From the NCBI RefSeq assembly GCF_025526975.1, contig NW_026515670.1, positions 124,001 through 188,000 of the forward strand: 64,000 bases of DNA, given 5' to 3'. This DNA comes from Fimicolochytrium jonesii. Taxonomy: Eukaryota. The translations under genes were made by a program, and so were the position numbers. The notes beneath the pieces were generated by a model. That model did not search any database. It worked only from the letters and a program-made list of their open reading frames with translations, and was not told where the DNA came from. Position 1 is the stretch's first letter, and each line of letters starts with the position of its first letter. This document shows positions 1-12,799 of the stretch, piece after piece.

Positions 1-457
1 AGCATTTTCTTTCTCACAGAGAGTTAAAGAACATCTTGGAAAGTGTAGCCCGCACACACACCCCAAATCATCTCCCAACAGAGCCGTCGAGACCCTCGAA
101 AATCGAGCACTGCAGCCAGGGATCGATCCAAACAGCGATTGCTCTCCCATCCATGATAGATTCCTTGGCTTAGAGTTACTACATACCGTCACATGGGTGC
201 CCGGTACCGAGTTGAGAAGGGGCCAAGTGCTTGGATTGTGGCGCTGCTTTCCTTTTTTCTGACGATAAAGCCACAACTTAGGGATGACGTCAGGTGGTGT
301 TACGGAGTGAATCATGCCTTCTATGAATCATGAGACGCGCCAACGTGGCTTCTCGTTCTTCGCAACCGCGCTTCAATGGCTTTCACTCAGGAGTGTGTAT
401 TAAAATAAATTAAGGACCTCCCCTCCACATCAAAGGAGCGACAAGCGCCATATATAG

Positions 458-514
458 TAGGGATAAGGGATAGGGATAAGGGATAGGGTTATGGATAGGG
501 ATATAGGGATAGGG
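458..514. repeat. Degenerate (GGGATA/GGGATAA)n simple repeat
   Basis: About 9 imperfect copies of GGGATA(A) read directly from the sequence. Confidence 0.7.
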
Positions 515-1785
515 TTTACACTTCCAATAAGATGATGCCGTCGAAATAGCGATTCCCTTTAAATAATACGGAACACTCGGACAAAAAGTGTCAATGGGGC
601 TGGGCCCGAGGTTTCCACCCGTCTTCCCACAGCATCAACGGCTGAGAAAAGCCGCTTTCCTTGCGTGAAGTGTATGTATGTCCAGCCCTAGAACACATCT
701 ACCGTACACGCTGGAACTCATTCCGAGCTCAGATGAGCGACCTGCTTTCCCGGTGGCTCTTCCAGTTGCTTGTGCAGCCACGATCTCTTCGATACGCGCA
801 TGGGAGCAGCAGTCTCCCATTGGCTTTGACTTCGCCATGCCTCACTATTGGCTATCCAGGCCGAGGTTCTCTGATAATTCATAGAGCGTGGGCATCGTAT
901 GACTCGACGAAGACATCCCCCGCAGATTGTGGCTCCGCGCACGCCTGGGCCCCGACCAGCGGGGCTTGGGTAAGGTGGACGAGGGAGTTGCGGGACAGGT
1001 AGTCGAAAAATATCGTGGGATTGGAACAGCTGGAGAAGTTCTCAAGTCGGCCCCTCCTAATCAACCACCGGTCGATGACCTCTGAAAGCGTCCTCCATAT
1101 CTGGCCGATCGGGTGTCCGGTAGACGCATGCTTTGGTCTCGGGAGAGCGCGGTGGTTGCGGAAGGCCACAGAAGCGGAGAGATTCCGACACGGGAGAAAA
1201 GCGAGAGGGTTGGAGGAGGCAAACCTTATCATCTCCTGGGGACGAAGCTTGTGTCAAGGACCATGGAGAACGGATGCTGGTCTCACACGCCAGCAGTGTA
1301 CACTGCGAGATCAACACGGCCCAGTACAATCCGTAGTATATTCCGTAGAAGGGCAGCAATACATGTTGGGAACAGTTGAAGGTATAAGCGATTGATTTTC
1401 CCGCACCGGGACTGCACATATGCATGCATCATGCGTGAAGAGACGTATTATACTTGACGGTAACCGCCGCCGCCTTCGCCGCCGTACATGTTGTTTCGGT
1501 GGTCGTGAAAACGAGGTTTGTATACGTGCGCAATCTCGCAAGGACGAATCGTACGTAGTTTATGGCTTCGGCTGGGGAATCTCCAACTCGAAGGCAAGGC
1601 AGTTTGTAAAAGCGGTGGACAAGAGGGGTAGCATTTAATCGCGTTTAGTCGGGCACGTGATCAATCCACACCAGTCAACTTTTAGCGTTGAACCTTCAAC
1701 TTCGTTGCCTTTCCGAGATCACGCTCCAGGAAACCCATCCGCCAGCGGGCAACACTCCCCCAAAACGACAAGCCATCCGACAGCC

Positions 1786-3429
1786 ATGTTCGCCCTCCGT
1801 CGAGCATGCGTCCGGTGTACGAACATCACAGCCCTTCCTCGACCGACGTATGCGAGATTTCCTCGGGCCATGTCGACCGGCGGGCCAGAGGACCCTCTAA
1901 AGTTTCCCGCAGCGATTACCGTCAGCAAGCCGGAAGTGCCTAAGGAGGTCGAGTCTCCAGCAGCGGTTGTGAAGGAAGAAACTGCTTCTGTGTCGGCACC
2001 GGACGTTTCGGCAGCGTCAGAGAAGGTTCAGGAGCCTAAAAGGATTGAATCCTCGACGGCGGTCCCGAAGAGCGCTTCAGTCGTGTCCGATTTCAATGAC
2101 TCGGCAACGCCGGAAAAAGTGGAACAGCCTAAACTGAGCGAATCCCCGACACTCGAGAGCCCTTCCTTGGTGGCCACTTTGAAAGACCTGGTACCCCGGG
2201 AGAAGATTGAAGCGCCGGAAGTGAGCAAATCTTCTACACCCGAGAGCACCTCCTTTGTGTCCGCTCTCAAGGACTTGGTAACGCCGGAGAAGGTTGAAGA
2301 GCCCAAGGGGAAGGAATCCTTGACACCGGTTACGGAAAGTGCGTCATTCGTATCCACTCTGAAAGATTTGGTAACGCCGGAGAAAGTCGAGGAGCCCAAA
2401 GTGAACCAGGCCTCGACGCAGGTCCAGGAGACCCCTTCCCTCGTGTCCGCTCTCAAAGATTTGGTTACGCCAGAGAAGGTTGAGCAGCCAAAAGCGAATG
2501 GAACTGCAGCACAGGTCCCGGAGAATAGCTCTACTGTGCCCGCTCTCAAAAACCTAGGCACACCGGAGAAAGCCGAGGAGCCCAAAGTGATCGAATCCGC
2601 GACGACACACTTTCCACAGAGTGCTTCCTTCGCGTCTGCCCTCAAGTCCGCCATAACCGCCAGCAAACCGGGCGAGCAGCCGAAGGAGACCCAGCCCGCA
2701 AAAGCCCAACCAGCCCCCCTCACAAAATCTCCAGGGGCGGAATTCGTAGAAGAGTTCGGCGTAGACCTCTCAAAAGGCCACGCCGCCCGCATCGCCAAAA
2801 TTCTGCGCAACGACACCCCACTCTCCCTCTCCCCGCGCGGCACCCCCGCTCCCGCCGAGCCCTCAGTCTATGAGGAATACAAAGCGGCTCTGTCCTCCAA
2901 GCCCGCCACCACCACCCCCGCGACACCCACCGCCACCACCGCATCACAAAAACCAATAGAAAAGCACGCCCACCGCCCTAAAACGGAACTCACACTCACA
3001 GAAGCCTTCGTGAACAATATCATGAAGGACGGCAAAAAGGCCCGTGCCCGCAGAATCATCCGCGACGCTCTGGCCTACATCCAGCGCGAGGCACCCGCCG
3101 GGTCGGACCCACACGTCGTCCTCGAATCCGCCGTCAACAAAGTCGCCCCCCTCGTGAAGCTCGTAACCCAAAAACGGGGCTCGAAAGGCTTGCAAACACC
3201 CACACCCTTAGCGGAACGCCAACGACGGCGGTTCGGAATCCTGTGGATCGTGGATGCGGCCAGCGGTGGGAAATCGACGATGGGGTTGGGCGAGAAAATT
3301 GGGAAGGAGGTTTTGGCGGTTGTTGAGGGGACGAGTTCGGCGTTGCAGAAGCGGATGAATATTCATAAGCAGGCGTTGATGAATAGGAGTAATGTGTTGA
3401 TGGTGGATCGGAAGGTGCGGAAGATGTGA
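1786..3429 (+). CDS. RSM7: Mitochondrial ribosomal protein uS7m with long repetitive N-terminal extension
   Basis: C-terminal S7 motifs FVNNIMKDGKKARARRI and PTPLAERQRRRFGILWI...IHKQALMNR. The ATG at 1786 gives an Arg-rich presequence-like start (MFALRRACVR). Single exon. Confidence 0.9.
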   Translation: MFALRRACVRCTNITALPRPTYARFPRAMSTGGPEDPLKFPAAITVSKPEVPKEVESPAAVVKEETASVSAPDVSAASEKVQEPKRIESSTAVPKSASVVSDFNDSATPEKVEQPKLSESPTLESPSLVATLKDLVPREKIEAPEVSKSSTPESTSFVSALKDLVTPEKVEEPKGKESLTPVTESASFVSTLKDLVTPEKVEEPKVNQASTQVQETPSLVSALKDLVTPEKVEQPKANGTAAQVPENSSTVPALKNLGTPEKAEEPKVIESATTHFPQSASFASALKSAITASKPGEQPKETQPAKAQPAPLTKSPGAEFVEEFGVDLSKGHAARIAKILRNDTPLSLSPRGTPAPAEPSVYEEYKAALSSKPATTTPATPTATTASQKPIEKHAHRPKTELTLTEAFVNNIMKDGKKARARRIIRDALAYIQREAPAGSDPHVVLESAVNKVAPLVKLVTQKRGSKGLQTPTPLAERQRRRFGILWIVDAASGGKSTMGLGEKIGKEVLAVVEGTSSALQKRMNIHKQALMNRSNVLMVDRKVRKM

Positions 3430-3831
3430 TGGGTAGCGCGGGAAGGCGATAGATAGATTGTGGAGGTGGATTCGCGCTGTTTGCGTTTCGGTTCTCTTCC
3501 GCCGTTGTGTACGGAGCAACATCTGTATTTAACACACCAACGTGGCATGTTACACTGTACAAAACATGGACGCAGCGACTTCGGTTTCATGTGATATTTC
3601 GTACTATACATCAACGCTCAAAGCCAAAAGAGTTAACAAACCGCCGTCGGAAAAGCAAAGTCGTCCACCCAGTCTTCCACCCAACATACTAAGCCCGTGG
3701 TTTGACAACAATCGGCATGGCGAGTAACCCAAGTCGTGTATATGTACACGCTCCTAACACTTTCTTTTGCCGCCAAGATAACCCTTATACATGTTTCTTG
3801 TTGCTTAGATTCCATTGTGACTGCAGTGCGG

Positions 3832-4398
3832 TCATTGATTGTGCGGATTCTGTAGCACTATCAGAATATACTCTTTATCTGCGAATCGGAGTAAGGGTGG
3901 GTGAGATGGGGGTTGGGATGAAAATGGAAGGGAAGGGTCGCGGGAACATACCTGGCGCAACCATAATCTCATGTTTCTTTGATCGTATCCTCAAAAAGCT
4001 CAGATCATTCTACAAATCATCAACAGTGAATCAGCCAAAAGCAACATATCAATGTACCTCCCAATCCATCAACCTCCCACCTGCGGATCCAAATCCCTAA
4101 CCACACTCCTTGCCTTTGCCGCCAGCTGGGTGATCAAAGCGGCATACTGCACCGTCTTGTCGTTGTCCAGCGTCGTGCGGATGGGGATTCCTTCCATGTT
4201 GACGATTACGACGCCTTCGACGCCTTTGTGGGAGGAGAGGCGTTTGATTGTTTCTTCGACTTCGGACTGTGGATTTGGACGGAGATTTAGAATTTTGCGC
4301 GAACGCGGGGAAATCGATTGTGGGTGACTCAGCAAGAAGGATGTTCGCTGCTGATATGAGAGATATGCCATCCTCCTTCTGAGCGTTAAACTCACCAT
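3832..4398 (-). CDS. DYNLRB: Dynein light chain roadblock (LC7), 4 exons
   Basis: Spliced product [35 protein letters not shown]...[40 protein letters not shown] with GT-AG introns. Confidence 0.95.
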
Positions 4399-5018
4399 GT
4401 TGAAGTGTAAATGTTCTGTTCCTTCTGTACTCTCGAGTTACGCGATGGGAAGACTTGGACGCGCTTTGTAGCCAGCAGCCGTTTCGCTTGATAGGCCGAT
4501 CTGTCCGTGGGCTGTGAGGTCTGAGGTGCTGTGAGGGTCCTGGGTGGTTACGGTGGAGTGGGAACACAGCGGCGGACGTGGATGAGGGGGTGGGAATTGC
4601 GACTGGGTGAGAGAGAACGCGACGGGAAGACCGAAAGCCGCCTTTGCTTACGTGATCGCCTTCAGGCTTTCGCCTTTTTGCGGCACTGAAGTTCGCCTGG
4701 TACCCTACCCTCAGCCCATGTCTCGCGGCGACAAGTCTGCGTTACAACGTCCGCGCAAGGGAACGGTGTCATATTACCACTCAACGGTGAAGTGCAAGCA
4801 ACGGGTTTAGGGTTCTGTCCCATCCTGTCTGGACAGTTCTGGTAAGAAAATCCGGACGTGAGCCTCGTGCAGGCACCTTCCCACGGGTTATAAGCAAGGT
4901 CTTAATCTCTCTCATGAGTTGGTACAGCCGTCGATCTCACAAGTTCACTTGAACCTCCAAGCACGTCGCTGGCATCTACGGCATCGCAGCGGCTTCCCTT
5001 ATTCCATCCGTCGCAGTG

Positions 5019-6155
5019 ATGCCCGACGTCATCACCGAGGCAACGTTGAAGGCACACACCAAGCTGTGTCCCAAGCTTCCTTTGGAGCTCATACCCCACG
5101 TATTCAGCTTCGTCGATTCCTGCACGGGCTACAATATGGTTTCGGTCAGCCGATCCTGGCACGGAATTCTAGCCAAACTTCTCTACTCTAAGGTCTCAAT
5201 CGTGGGTGAGCACCGCTTTAACTTACTTTTCGCAACGCTCAACGACAATTTGGAGCGCTTTCGCTGGATTAAAGACATCCAGATGGAAGCGTATTGCCGT
5301 AATTCTGTGAATGGTGAGACGGCTTACGCCGAACAGTGGAGCCCTGTCGCCTTTTCAAGACTGAGCGCTCTTCTTGCCATGTCGCGCCCCGGTCGAGCGT
5401 CCTTCACCATCTATTGCTTGAACGCCGGCGGCGACCTCGATATGTTCTTCTGTCGATGGGATAGGAGAGAGCTCACATTTGAGATGCAGGCGTTCGTTCC
5501 TGAGGACTTTCAAGAGGAGGTAATAGCTTTCGCACAAACGCTTGCATGGACCTACGCCGACGAAACCCGCAGTCTTCAGAGCCTCGGCGGCAGCTTTCAT
5601 AAACTACCGTATTTCAAGGCGTTGCGGACGGTCACTCTGAGATCTGACCTCCTGGTTGGCGATCCCGGACAAGGCTGGTCTCCGTCGAGAAGCCTCGACC
5701 AAGTCCGCTTGACGGCCTATGAGGAAGACGACTGGCTGCGCATCGTCCCCCGGCTTCCACAATGGACCCGCTCCCTTGATGTCTGCTTCATGGATGACCG
5801 GATGAAACTACCCCCATGGCCCTCGAGTTCCCGGATTCAATCAGGAGTGCTCAGATATAGTCCGTCCTTATTCCTGCACAGCTTTGACCCGGATGACTGG
5901 CGTGCTGAACTATCCAGTTACGACGGAGGAGGCACACTGGAGATCATGTATCGCGCTGATGTGATGACGACCGACTATTATCGCGTTGTTATGAGGCCCA
6001 ACGACTATTATAAGATTATTGATGCTTACGTCGAGCTAGCAGTCGAAAGCAAGAAGTTCGACGAGGTGCGACGCGTTTGCCTTCCGGCCGGGAAATTCCA
6101 CGTGCTAGACCTGGACGCCCTGCCGCTGCTTGACCTTCCGAACGCTAGGTCTTAG
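5019..6155 (+). CDS. F-box-like protein, single exon
   Basis: N-terminal KLPLELIPHVFSFVD...VSVSRSWHGILAKLLYSKVSI resembles a fungal F-box. The rest is not recognised. Confidence 0.65.
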   Translation: MPDVITEATLKAHTKLCPKLPLELIPHVFSFVDSCTGYNMVSVSRSWHGILAKLLYSKVSIVGEHRFNLLFATLNDNLERFRWIKDIQMEAYCRNSVNGETAYAEQWSPVAFSRLSALLAMSRPGRASFTIYCLNAGGDLDMFFCRWDRRELTFEMQAFVPEDFQEEVIAFAQTLAWTYADETRSLQSLGGSFHKLPYFKALRTVTLRSDLLVGDPGQGWSPSRSLDQVRLTAYEEDDWLRIVPRLPQWTRSLDVCFMDDRMKLPPWPSSSRIQSGVLRYSPSLFLHSFDPDDWRAELSSYDGGGTLEIMYRADVMTTDYYRVVMRPNDYYKIIDAYVELAVESKKFDEVRRVCLPAGKFHVLDLDALPLLDLPNARS

Positions 6156-6615
6156 CCAGCCCGGAAACTGGCCCCGTCCATATCATCGAAAGCACCATTT
6201 CACGGGTTGGGTAACGTGGTTCTGGAAGATCATGGCAAAGCGCCAGCCCGTAGTATCTGCTCTCCATAGGCGTAAATAAGTGATAGAGAGGTCATTACTG
6301 TATGTACATAGCCATCATCAATACATCGCACATTCTGTTGTGCCGTACATGTCGTCCGGTTTTCTTAACCAACAGGGATGAATAAGCGCGTTATAATTCG
6401 AACGACTGCGAACCGGGTTTCGCAGGGCCAGCCTTGCCCACATCATTTTCCAACGGAACGCAGCCTGAAACAGCCTTTCCCTACGTACCCATTTAAGCCT
6501 TACCGTTCCTACGTAGCTCAAACGACGCCAACTAGCCTGCGAACTATCCAACCTCCCACCAGCACCTACGCACCGGCAATCGCCATAACGCCAAAATTGC
6601 CACACACCGCCCAAT

Positions 6616-8207
6616 TCATCCCGTCCTAGACTTTTTGCTCAACAAGAACGGCTGCTGGAACGCCTCATGTATACGCCGCACTTTCTGCTCCCCGAATCCG
6701 GGACATTGCGCGAGCTCGTCTGGTTTTGCGGAGATGATGCCGCGGAGTGACTGCCGGTTGGTGAGGTGGGTGAGATGGCGGGTCTCGGCTGAAGTGTTCG
6801 TGGAGCACTGGCACTTACCCCGAATGCGGATGCTAAGGTCAGCACATCAGTTTTGTTAACAGTTTTGATTTGCGTCAATGCATCCGTGAGCTGTTCCGAT
6901 CCAAAAGAAAGGCTCGCATTACACTCGGAAGGCCACATTCGGAATAAATGTCGCCATGCCGAACCTTCGCCAAGTAATCGGAATCAACGCGCTCCTTCAA
7001 CAGATCTGGCGGTTTGAACTCATATGCTTTGAAGGTTTCCAGATACCGGCCGACCTCTTCTTGACTGTTGAGAGAGCATTAAAGTGAGTGGGTTGCTCAG
7101 GCTTCCAATCGTAAGCAACGGCGTACCTCCATGCCAACATAAGCGTCATGTTGTTGTATATGCATATCCGAGTCAGATCTCGGATGCTTGGTTGATGATC
7201 ATCCTAAGGGCAAGGGGTCTGCCATGAGCGTTTTCACAAGTAGAAGATGGCGATGGTATAGCATCTGGAACGTACGATGTCGACTAGCACCATAAGCACT
7301 CTAAGCAGGTAGTTGTGCCCCATCTGCTTTATCCGGGTATAAACATATTCAGGATGCAATCGATGATACTTCAAGCTAGTGAATGCATGGATCCGAGTCA
7401 GACACGATTCACTCCTGACGGATGTAGAGTGCGGCAAACGGTACCTGAGAAAGAGAGCACAGCTCGTCTGCCCGACCTGGTAATCCGGCACAATGTCTCC
7501 ATACTCCCACGGCACGTTCTTGATGAAGTTCAATACGCCGTTTCCCCTCTATACCGCCAAATCGTCAGCTCTCCCTCTCCACCATCGCTAACATTCGGTC
7601 ATCCAATGTAGGTCGCACCTGGCAACTGTTAACTACAACGGCATTTGGTCCTTTCGTTCGCTTCGTCGGATTCGAGCCAGTACGGTTCAATGCCGCCGGT
7701 GCCGGGTTTCCCCCTCCCGGTGGTCCCGCGGGCTGCCCCTGCGGTGGCTGTAACTGTGCTGGCGGTCTTGGCGGCCGTTGCAGATGTTGTTGCTGCCCTT
7801 CTGACGGACGTGCTGCACCTGCCCTAGTTACTTCCCCTGTTCTCGATGGAGCTATTGGTCTTCCCCCGAGATGGCTGGGTCCTGGTGGTCTCGCGGCAGC
7901 ATGGGTGGTCCCTGCTGGCGGTCTCGTAGTAGGATGGCTGGGTCCTGCTGGTGCATTCGTTACGGGATGGGATGGTCCAGCTGCGATAGTCTTTGAACTG
8001 CTCCTCGGGTTCGCACCGCTCGCACCGGCATTGAACCTGAGCTCCGGGACCTATACAATACACATGCACCCTCAGCAACCTGTTTCATTCTCTCTTCAGT
8101 GCAATCTGTGAGCGACTGACCTTCTCGCGTAAACCTCGCTGCCTCTTTTCTATTTCACTTTGTGAAGGTAATTGGAATAGGGGTTTCTTGGGTGGTGGCT
8201 CCGCCAT
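6616..8207 (-). CDS. ERCC1: DNA excision repair protein ERCC1/Rad10/Swi10, multi-exon
   Basis: Motifs [67 protein letters not shown] and the Hh[17 protein letters not shown]. Confidence 0.93.
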
Positions 8208-8431
8208 CTTGACTGGCTGTCTGTTCCTATCCGAATCCAGTTCCGGCCGAAAAGGGAGCAGGACGCGCAGACAGAGAGTAGTGACGACGAAATACGACAC
8301 CGCGCACTCCCGCTCGCTCGACAGATCAACTGCATATCCATTAGACGAACACTGCTCGGTAACTCCCCCCTAGTGCGGTGCACACCTTCTTCTCCTCTGT
8401 CCTCTCGGTTGAGGAAAGTGAAATTATCATC

Positions 8432-10143
8432 ATGAAGAAATATGGAAGCGCCTCGCGCCTGGGCGACACTGGATCTAGCGACGCCCTCGCCAGGCATGGC
8501 TTGCTCAAAAGAAATGGTACGGCATGAGTCGAAGTTCTCCCATTCAGGTTTCGGAAAATCTTGAAGATTAGGGTCCATTTCCAGAGAATATGGTGGTATA
8601 TGAGATACATCCGTCGTCCAAAGGTATGAAGCCTTCTCATCTGTGAAATACAATACTTACTGGCTCATCAAGGCGTTGAACCTATTCAGCGGATGCCAAT
8701 TTGAAGAAGTTGATTCAGGTATGCGTTGATCGACAGCTTTACATGCCCGTGGTCCATCTGATAGCCTTCACTCAGGCACTGACGACATGGGTCAACTCAT
8801 ATGTGATACACGAAACGATGACCGTCCGCGACCTGGTTTCAGATCTGGACGACGGCCAACTGTTGGCGGCCTTCCTGGGTATGCCGGCACGTCCACCACC
8901 ACAGTAGACAAGGGTAAAAGAGAATCCTCTTTCTCACCATCCCACAGGTCAAATAACAGGCGACGTAATAGCCGACCCCAACCAACTCGCCGCCAAATCC
9001 GAGCGGACAAAAGTCGCTATCCTCCAATCCGTAGTGCGGTACATGGAGGAAAGTCTCAAGATCCCGCCGGACCCGTCGCGGTGGACGATCGAGGGGATCA
9101 TGAACAAGGATGTGGCGTCAGCGCTTTGTATATTGGTTGATCTGGCGCAGGTGCTCGGGTGTCCGTACGATATACCTCCGAAGTTGTCTGTTGCTATCAT
9201 TAGGAAGGAGGTTCGTTTGCTTGCTGGGCTGTTGGATGGGTCTCATCGTCCTTGGGCTACTTGGTCAACCCTTTGGCATCGCAGGAACTCCCCAGTGGCA
9301 TCAAACAAAAGACATCGGTGATCAAGATCACCGGCGAGGAGCCCAAAGCGGGCAAAGGCGGGCTTACGGATGCTGAAGTGTCGCTGCAGCCGCGCGATGA
9401 TGGTATGGAGAATGGAATCAATCTTCTCACACCTCACGATTGTTGGTTTACGACAATGAACACCAACTCCTAGGAGCAGATTCAGGTTATGAGCCTGACG
9501 CCTTCGACAAACTGTTCGCCATGCCCGAAAAGATGCCCGAAGTCACAAAGGTAACCCTCCCTTCACCAGCTACTTTTCCTGCAACGCATGCTCACACCGC
9601 CCCACCCATCCCGCAGCTGCTCCTCGAATTCCTCAACTCCCAGCTCGAAGGCCTCAACATCCGGTTAAACACACTAGCAAAACTCGAGTGCGTGTACCTG
9701 ATATTGCTGATCGGGACGATGGGCAACTTTTTTGTGCCGTTGCATCATTATGCGTTGACGCCGACGACTTTGGCTGCTAAGGTGCGGCTTGTGGAAGTGA
9801 ATGCCGGGGGAATAGTGGGTAGGGCTCTAGGATTCTGAATCAATTGCCAACAGATCGACAACGCTAAGTTCGCAATATCGATGATGAGCGATCTCGAAAT
9901 CGACGTTACGAGGATAAGCCCGACAGGTGAAGTTCATATCATCCTCCATGCGAACTCCCGTTCACTCACATCTTCCTTGCTAGATCTCGTCCGCAAAGAC
10001 GTAAAGTCTATATCGCGCTGTGTGTAAGTTCGGAATTGCTCTCCTGGTCTAGTCTCGACCACTTTTTGTAAAGGACTCATGGATATATGTTTGTTTCCAG
10101 GTTTGCGCTGTTCCAGGCATTCAACAACCGGGTGTCTACGTGA
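8432..10143 (+). CDS. PARV: Parvin-like tandem calponin-homology protein, multi-exon (start approximate)
   Basis: CH1 motif LTTWVNSY...VRDLVSDLDDGQLL, linker DAFDKLFAMPEK (parvin DAFDTLF), and CH2 motif LILLIGTMGNFFVPLHHY. Confidence 0.8.
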
Positions 10144-10610
10144 TATGATCTGTCATCATGGCTTGTCGGTCGATGAGGGCTGCAACGGTAACGGTGGTAC
10201 GTGCCACTGCGATATGGAAGGGACCTGGATTTGGCACTTGCGTTTGATCCACCCATCTTTTGGAAGGCTTCAGCTATGGACTCCATTCGAGCACAATCGC
10301 CGCATTCGTGGAGGGATTCCCGTCAGCCCACCCACTTCCATCGCCCGTTCGGGAGATATGCAATGATGTATTATCTTAGCGGCGAAATGATTAACTATGT
10401 ATAACTTATGACAAAAATGTTCAGGTGGGTTCCTAAGACGAACCCACCCAGGTGTTTGATTTATATACAAGCCCAATGGGGTGAGATGGAAAATGAACGG
10501 TTTCCTTCAAAATGCAATGCGACGAGCGGGACTCGGCGACCGGCGTTCTAGAAGAGAGAAGTATGTTGGAACTTCCAGTCATCTCACTACGCCGCGCGTG
10601 GAGCAGAGCA

Positions 10611-12058
10611 CTAACCAGCAGCAGGAGCATAAACAAACGCGCTCGGCCGCGCCTCCCACGCCTTCGACGGCGGCGTTGCCAGGGGCGGAATATATGGGTA
10701 CGGGTGATGTTGCACCTGCGAATACGGCTGTGGGTGAGCCGGCATATGTGGCACGGACGAGGCGCGCGATTTGACCAGTGTCAATGCCGACGATGTGAGG
10801 AGGAGCGTGCCGAATAGGAGGATGGTGCCGAACACCATTGTTTTGTAGGAGAGCGGTTCTACGAGTTTGTTGAGGATCTCGGCGAGGGTTTCTGCGCCGA
10901 CTTTTAGTCTGTGTAGGATTGAGCGAGGTAGGTCAGACCGAATCAGGTGCGTGTATCGCTTCACCATCGAGAATGGTGTGGGTTTCATTTCCTCACCTCC
11001 CAACCTCCTTCGGATCCCGCTGCATACACTTCTCCCAGTCAGTACATGCCTTTTGCATGTACTGCACTCTAGTCGATGGATCGCATCTGTTTTCCAGATA
11101 GTTCTTGGAACATTCCGAGACTTGGTGGATGATGTCTGAACAATAGACAGAGAGTTAGGAATCACGTCCATCCGATACCACCGGGATAAAAAGCAAAGCA
11201 CCAGTCCCTCCCTACCCAGCGAATATTCCTCTGCCTTCATATCGAGATCATGCTGCACGGTCAGAACGAATTGCACGATGATGTACAGCATGATTCCGAT
11301 GATAACGGTCGAAAACAGCATCTGGATGTATCTGAAAAAAAAGCCTATTAGTCTTCCCCGGGACGTGATTGTGACTCTCGCGAATCCATTCTGCTTACCC
11401 GCTGATCATGTATGGCAGCAACACGGTCCGCGAGCTAAACCCCTCCGATGTCGGCGTATATTGGGGATGCCCAGAATATGAAGATTCGCTCACTTCCGCG
11501 TCGTCCTTCTTCAATCGTTTCCGCGAGTTCTATCCATAAAGGGTAGGGGTTGAGCCATGGCCAACTTTCGCAGCCACTATGACCATGCAGCCTACCCAAG
11601 CCACAAAAACATCCTCATCCGACCCGCTCTCATCCCTCTGCAGCTCTCGATAGAACGGTCGGCCTTTTGGCGATCGTCTCCGTGGTTGTAGTATGCGCCG
11701 TTTTGGCGTTGCGGGTGCCATTCCCGATGAAGAGAACGGCGAGATCGGTCCAAATTGGAAGTCTTCCATTGCTGAAAGGTCGGAGGTCGAACTTTAGCAG
11801 TCCATTGTCTGAAGAAACGGGTCATAGATCATCACCAGGGAAGGACGTACGTTTCGACTGCAATTCGGTCCTTTCGTCCAATGGAGGCACTGGCTGTTCC
11901 ACCACGTCCATAGCCTGCACCGAGTCCTCTTCCTCCTCCTTCTTTGCTGGCTTTCCGCCTGCTATGGACTTTCCTAGGCTGTCGAGCGGGACGCTCCATG
12001 GAATGGGCTCGGAGGTTCGCCTGAAGTCCATTGGCCCTGAGGTGCTTCGGTAATACAT
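10611..12058 (-). CDS. BRL1: Nuclear envelope protein Brl1/Brr6 family, multi-exon
   Basis: TM segment followed by TVQHDLDMKAEEYS, a Cys-containing lumenal loop, then LKVGAETLAEILNKLVEPLSYKTM and a second TM segment. Confidence 0.85.
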
Positions 12059-12448
12059 TCTACGAAGTTTCCCCTCCAGGCTACAATATTCGAAACTGCT
12101 GGTAAAGTGTAATATTCGTAAGATATGTGCAGGCTGTGTACATATGTGAACGCCTCAGTTGAGGGGCAGACGTACGCAGCCGAGCGTCAAGTTGAGGACC
12201 TGAGGTCTGGCTGAGGTTGGGCTGAGGTCGGAATTCGCAACTTGGACCTGCACACCGCAAAAACCTCTCATCGCCAACGTCACAGCGTCACACCTCTTAA
12301 ATCCTTGCACATTCCCCAACCGTAAGCCCATCTTCTTCCGCTCTCTCTACCGTTCTGCTCCAGCCCTCACTCATTCTACCCGTCTTTATAGCTCCCGAAG
12401 CGCGTCACTCCGTCACATCTTCCGAAAACACAAAACACAAAATTCAAG

Positions 12449-12799
12449 ATGGGCGAACCACAAACCTACACTTTCAAGGTCGGGATGACCTGCTCTGGAT
12501 GCAGCGGCGCCGTCAATCGGATCTTGTCCAAGGTAGGGGACAGAGGGGGTCCGATGCGTTGAAGGAGTTCCTGGACTCTCTACATAGTAGAGTGGATTGG
12601 AGGCCCCTGGGTGTCACCGCTGCTCAGATTCACTTCACTCACCCGCATTTCGAACCATCCACAGACCGCCGGCGTAAACTCGTTCGACATTTCCCTCGAA
12701 AACCAAACCGTCATTGTAAAGTCCGACTCGCTAACGCAGCAGGAGGTGTTTGACGCGATAAAGAAGTCGGGAAAGCCTGTTGAGCCTGTTTCTGCGTGA
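12449..12799 (+). CDS. ATX1: Copper chaperone Atx1 (HMA domain), 2 exons
   Basis: MGEPQTYTFKVGMTCSGCSGAVNRILSK|TAGVNSFDISLENQTV...IKKSGK contains the MxCxxC motif. Confidence 0.95.

Noticed and set aside
458..514. GGGATA repeats as a telomere
   Set aside because: Short, degenerate, internal and not TTAGGG.
635..1640. Overlapping short ORFs, possibly a decayed gene or transposon
   Set aside because: No recognisable motif or consistent splice pattern.
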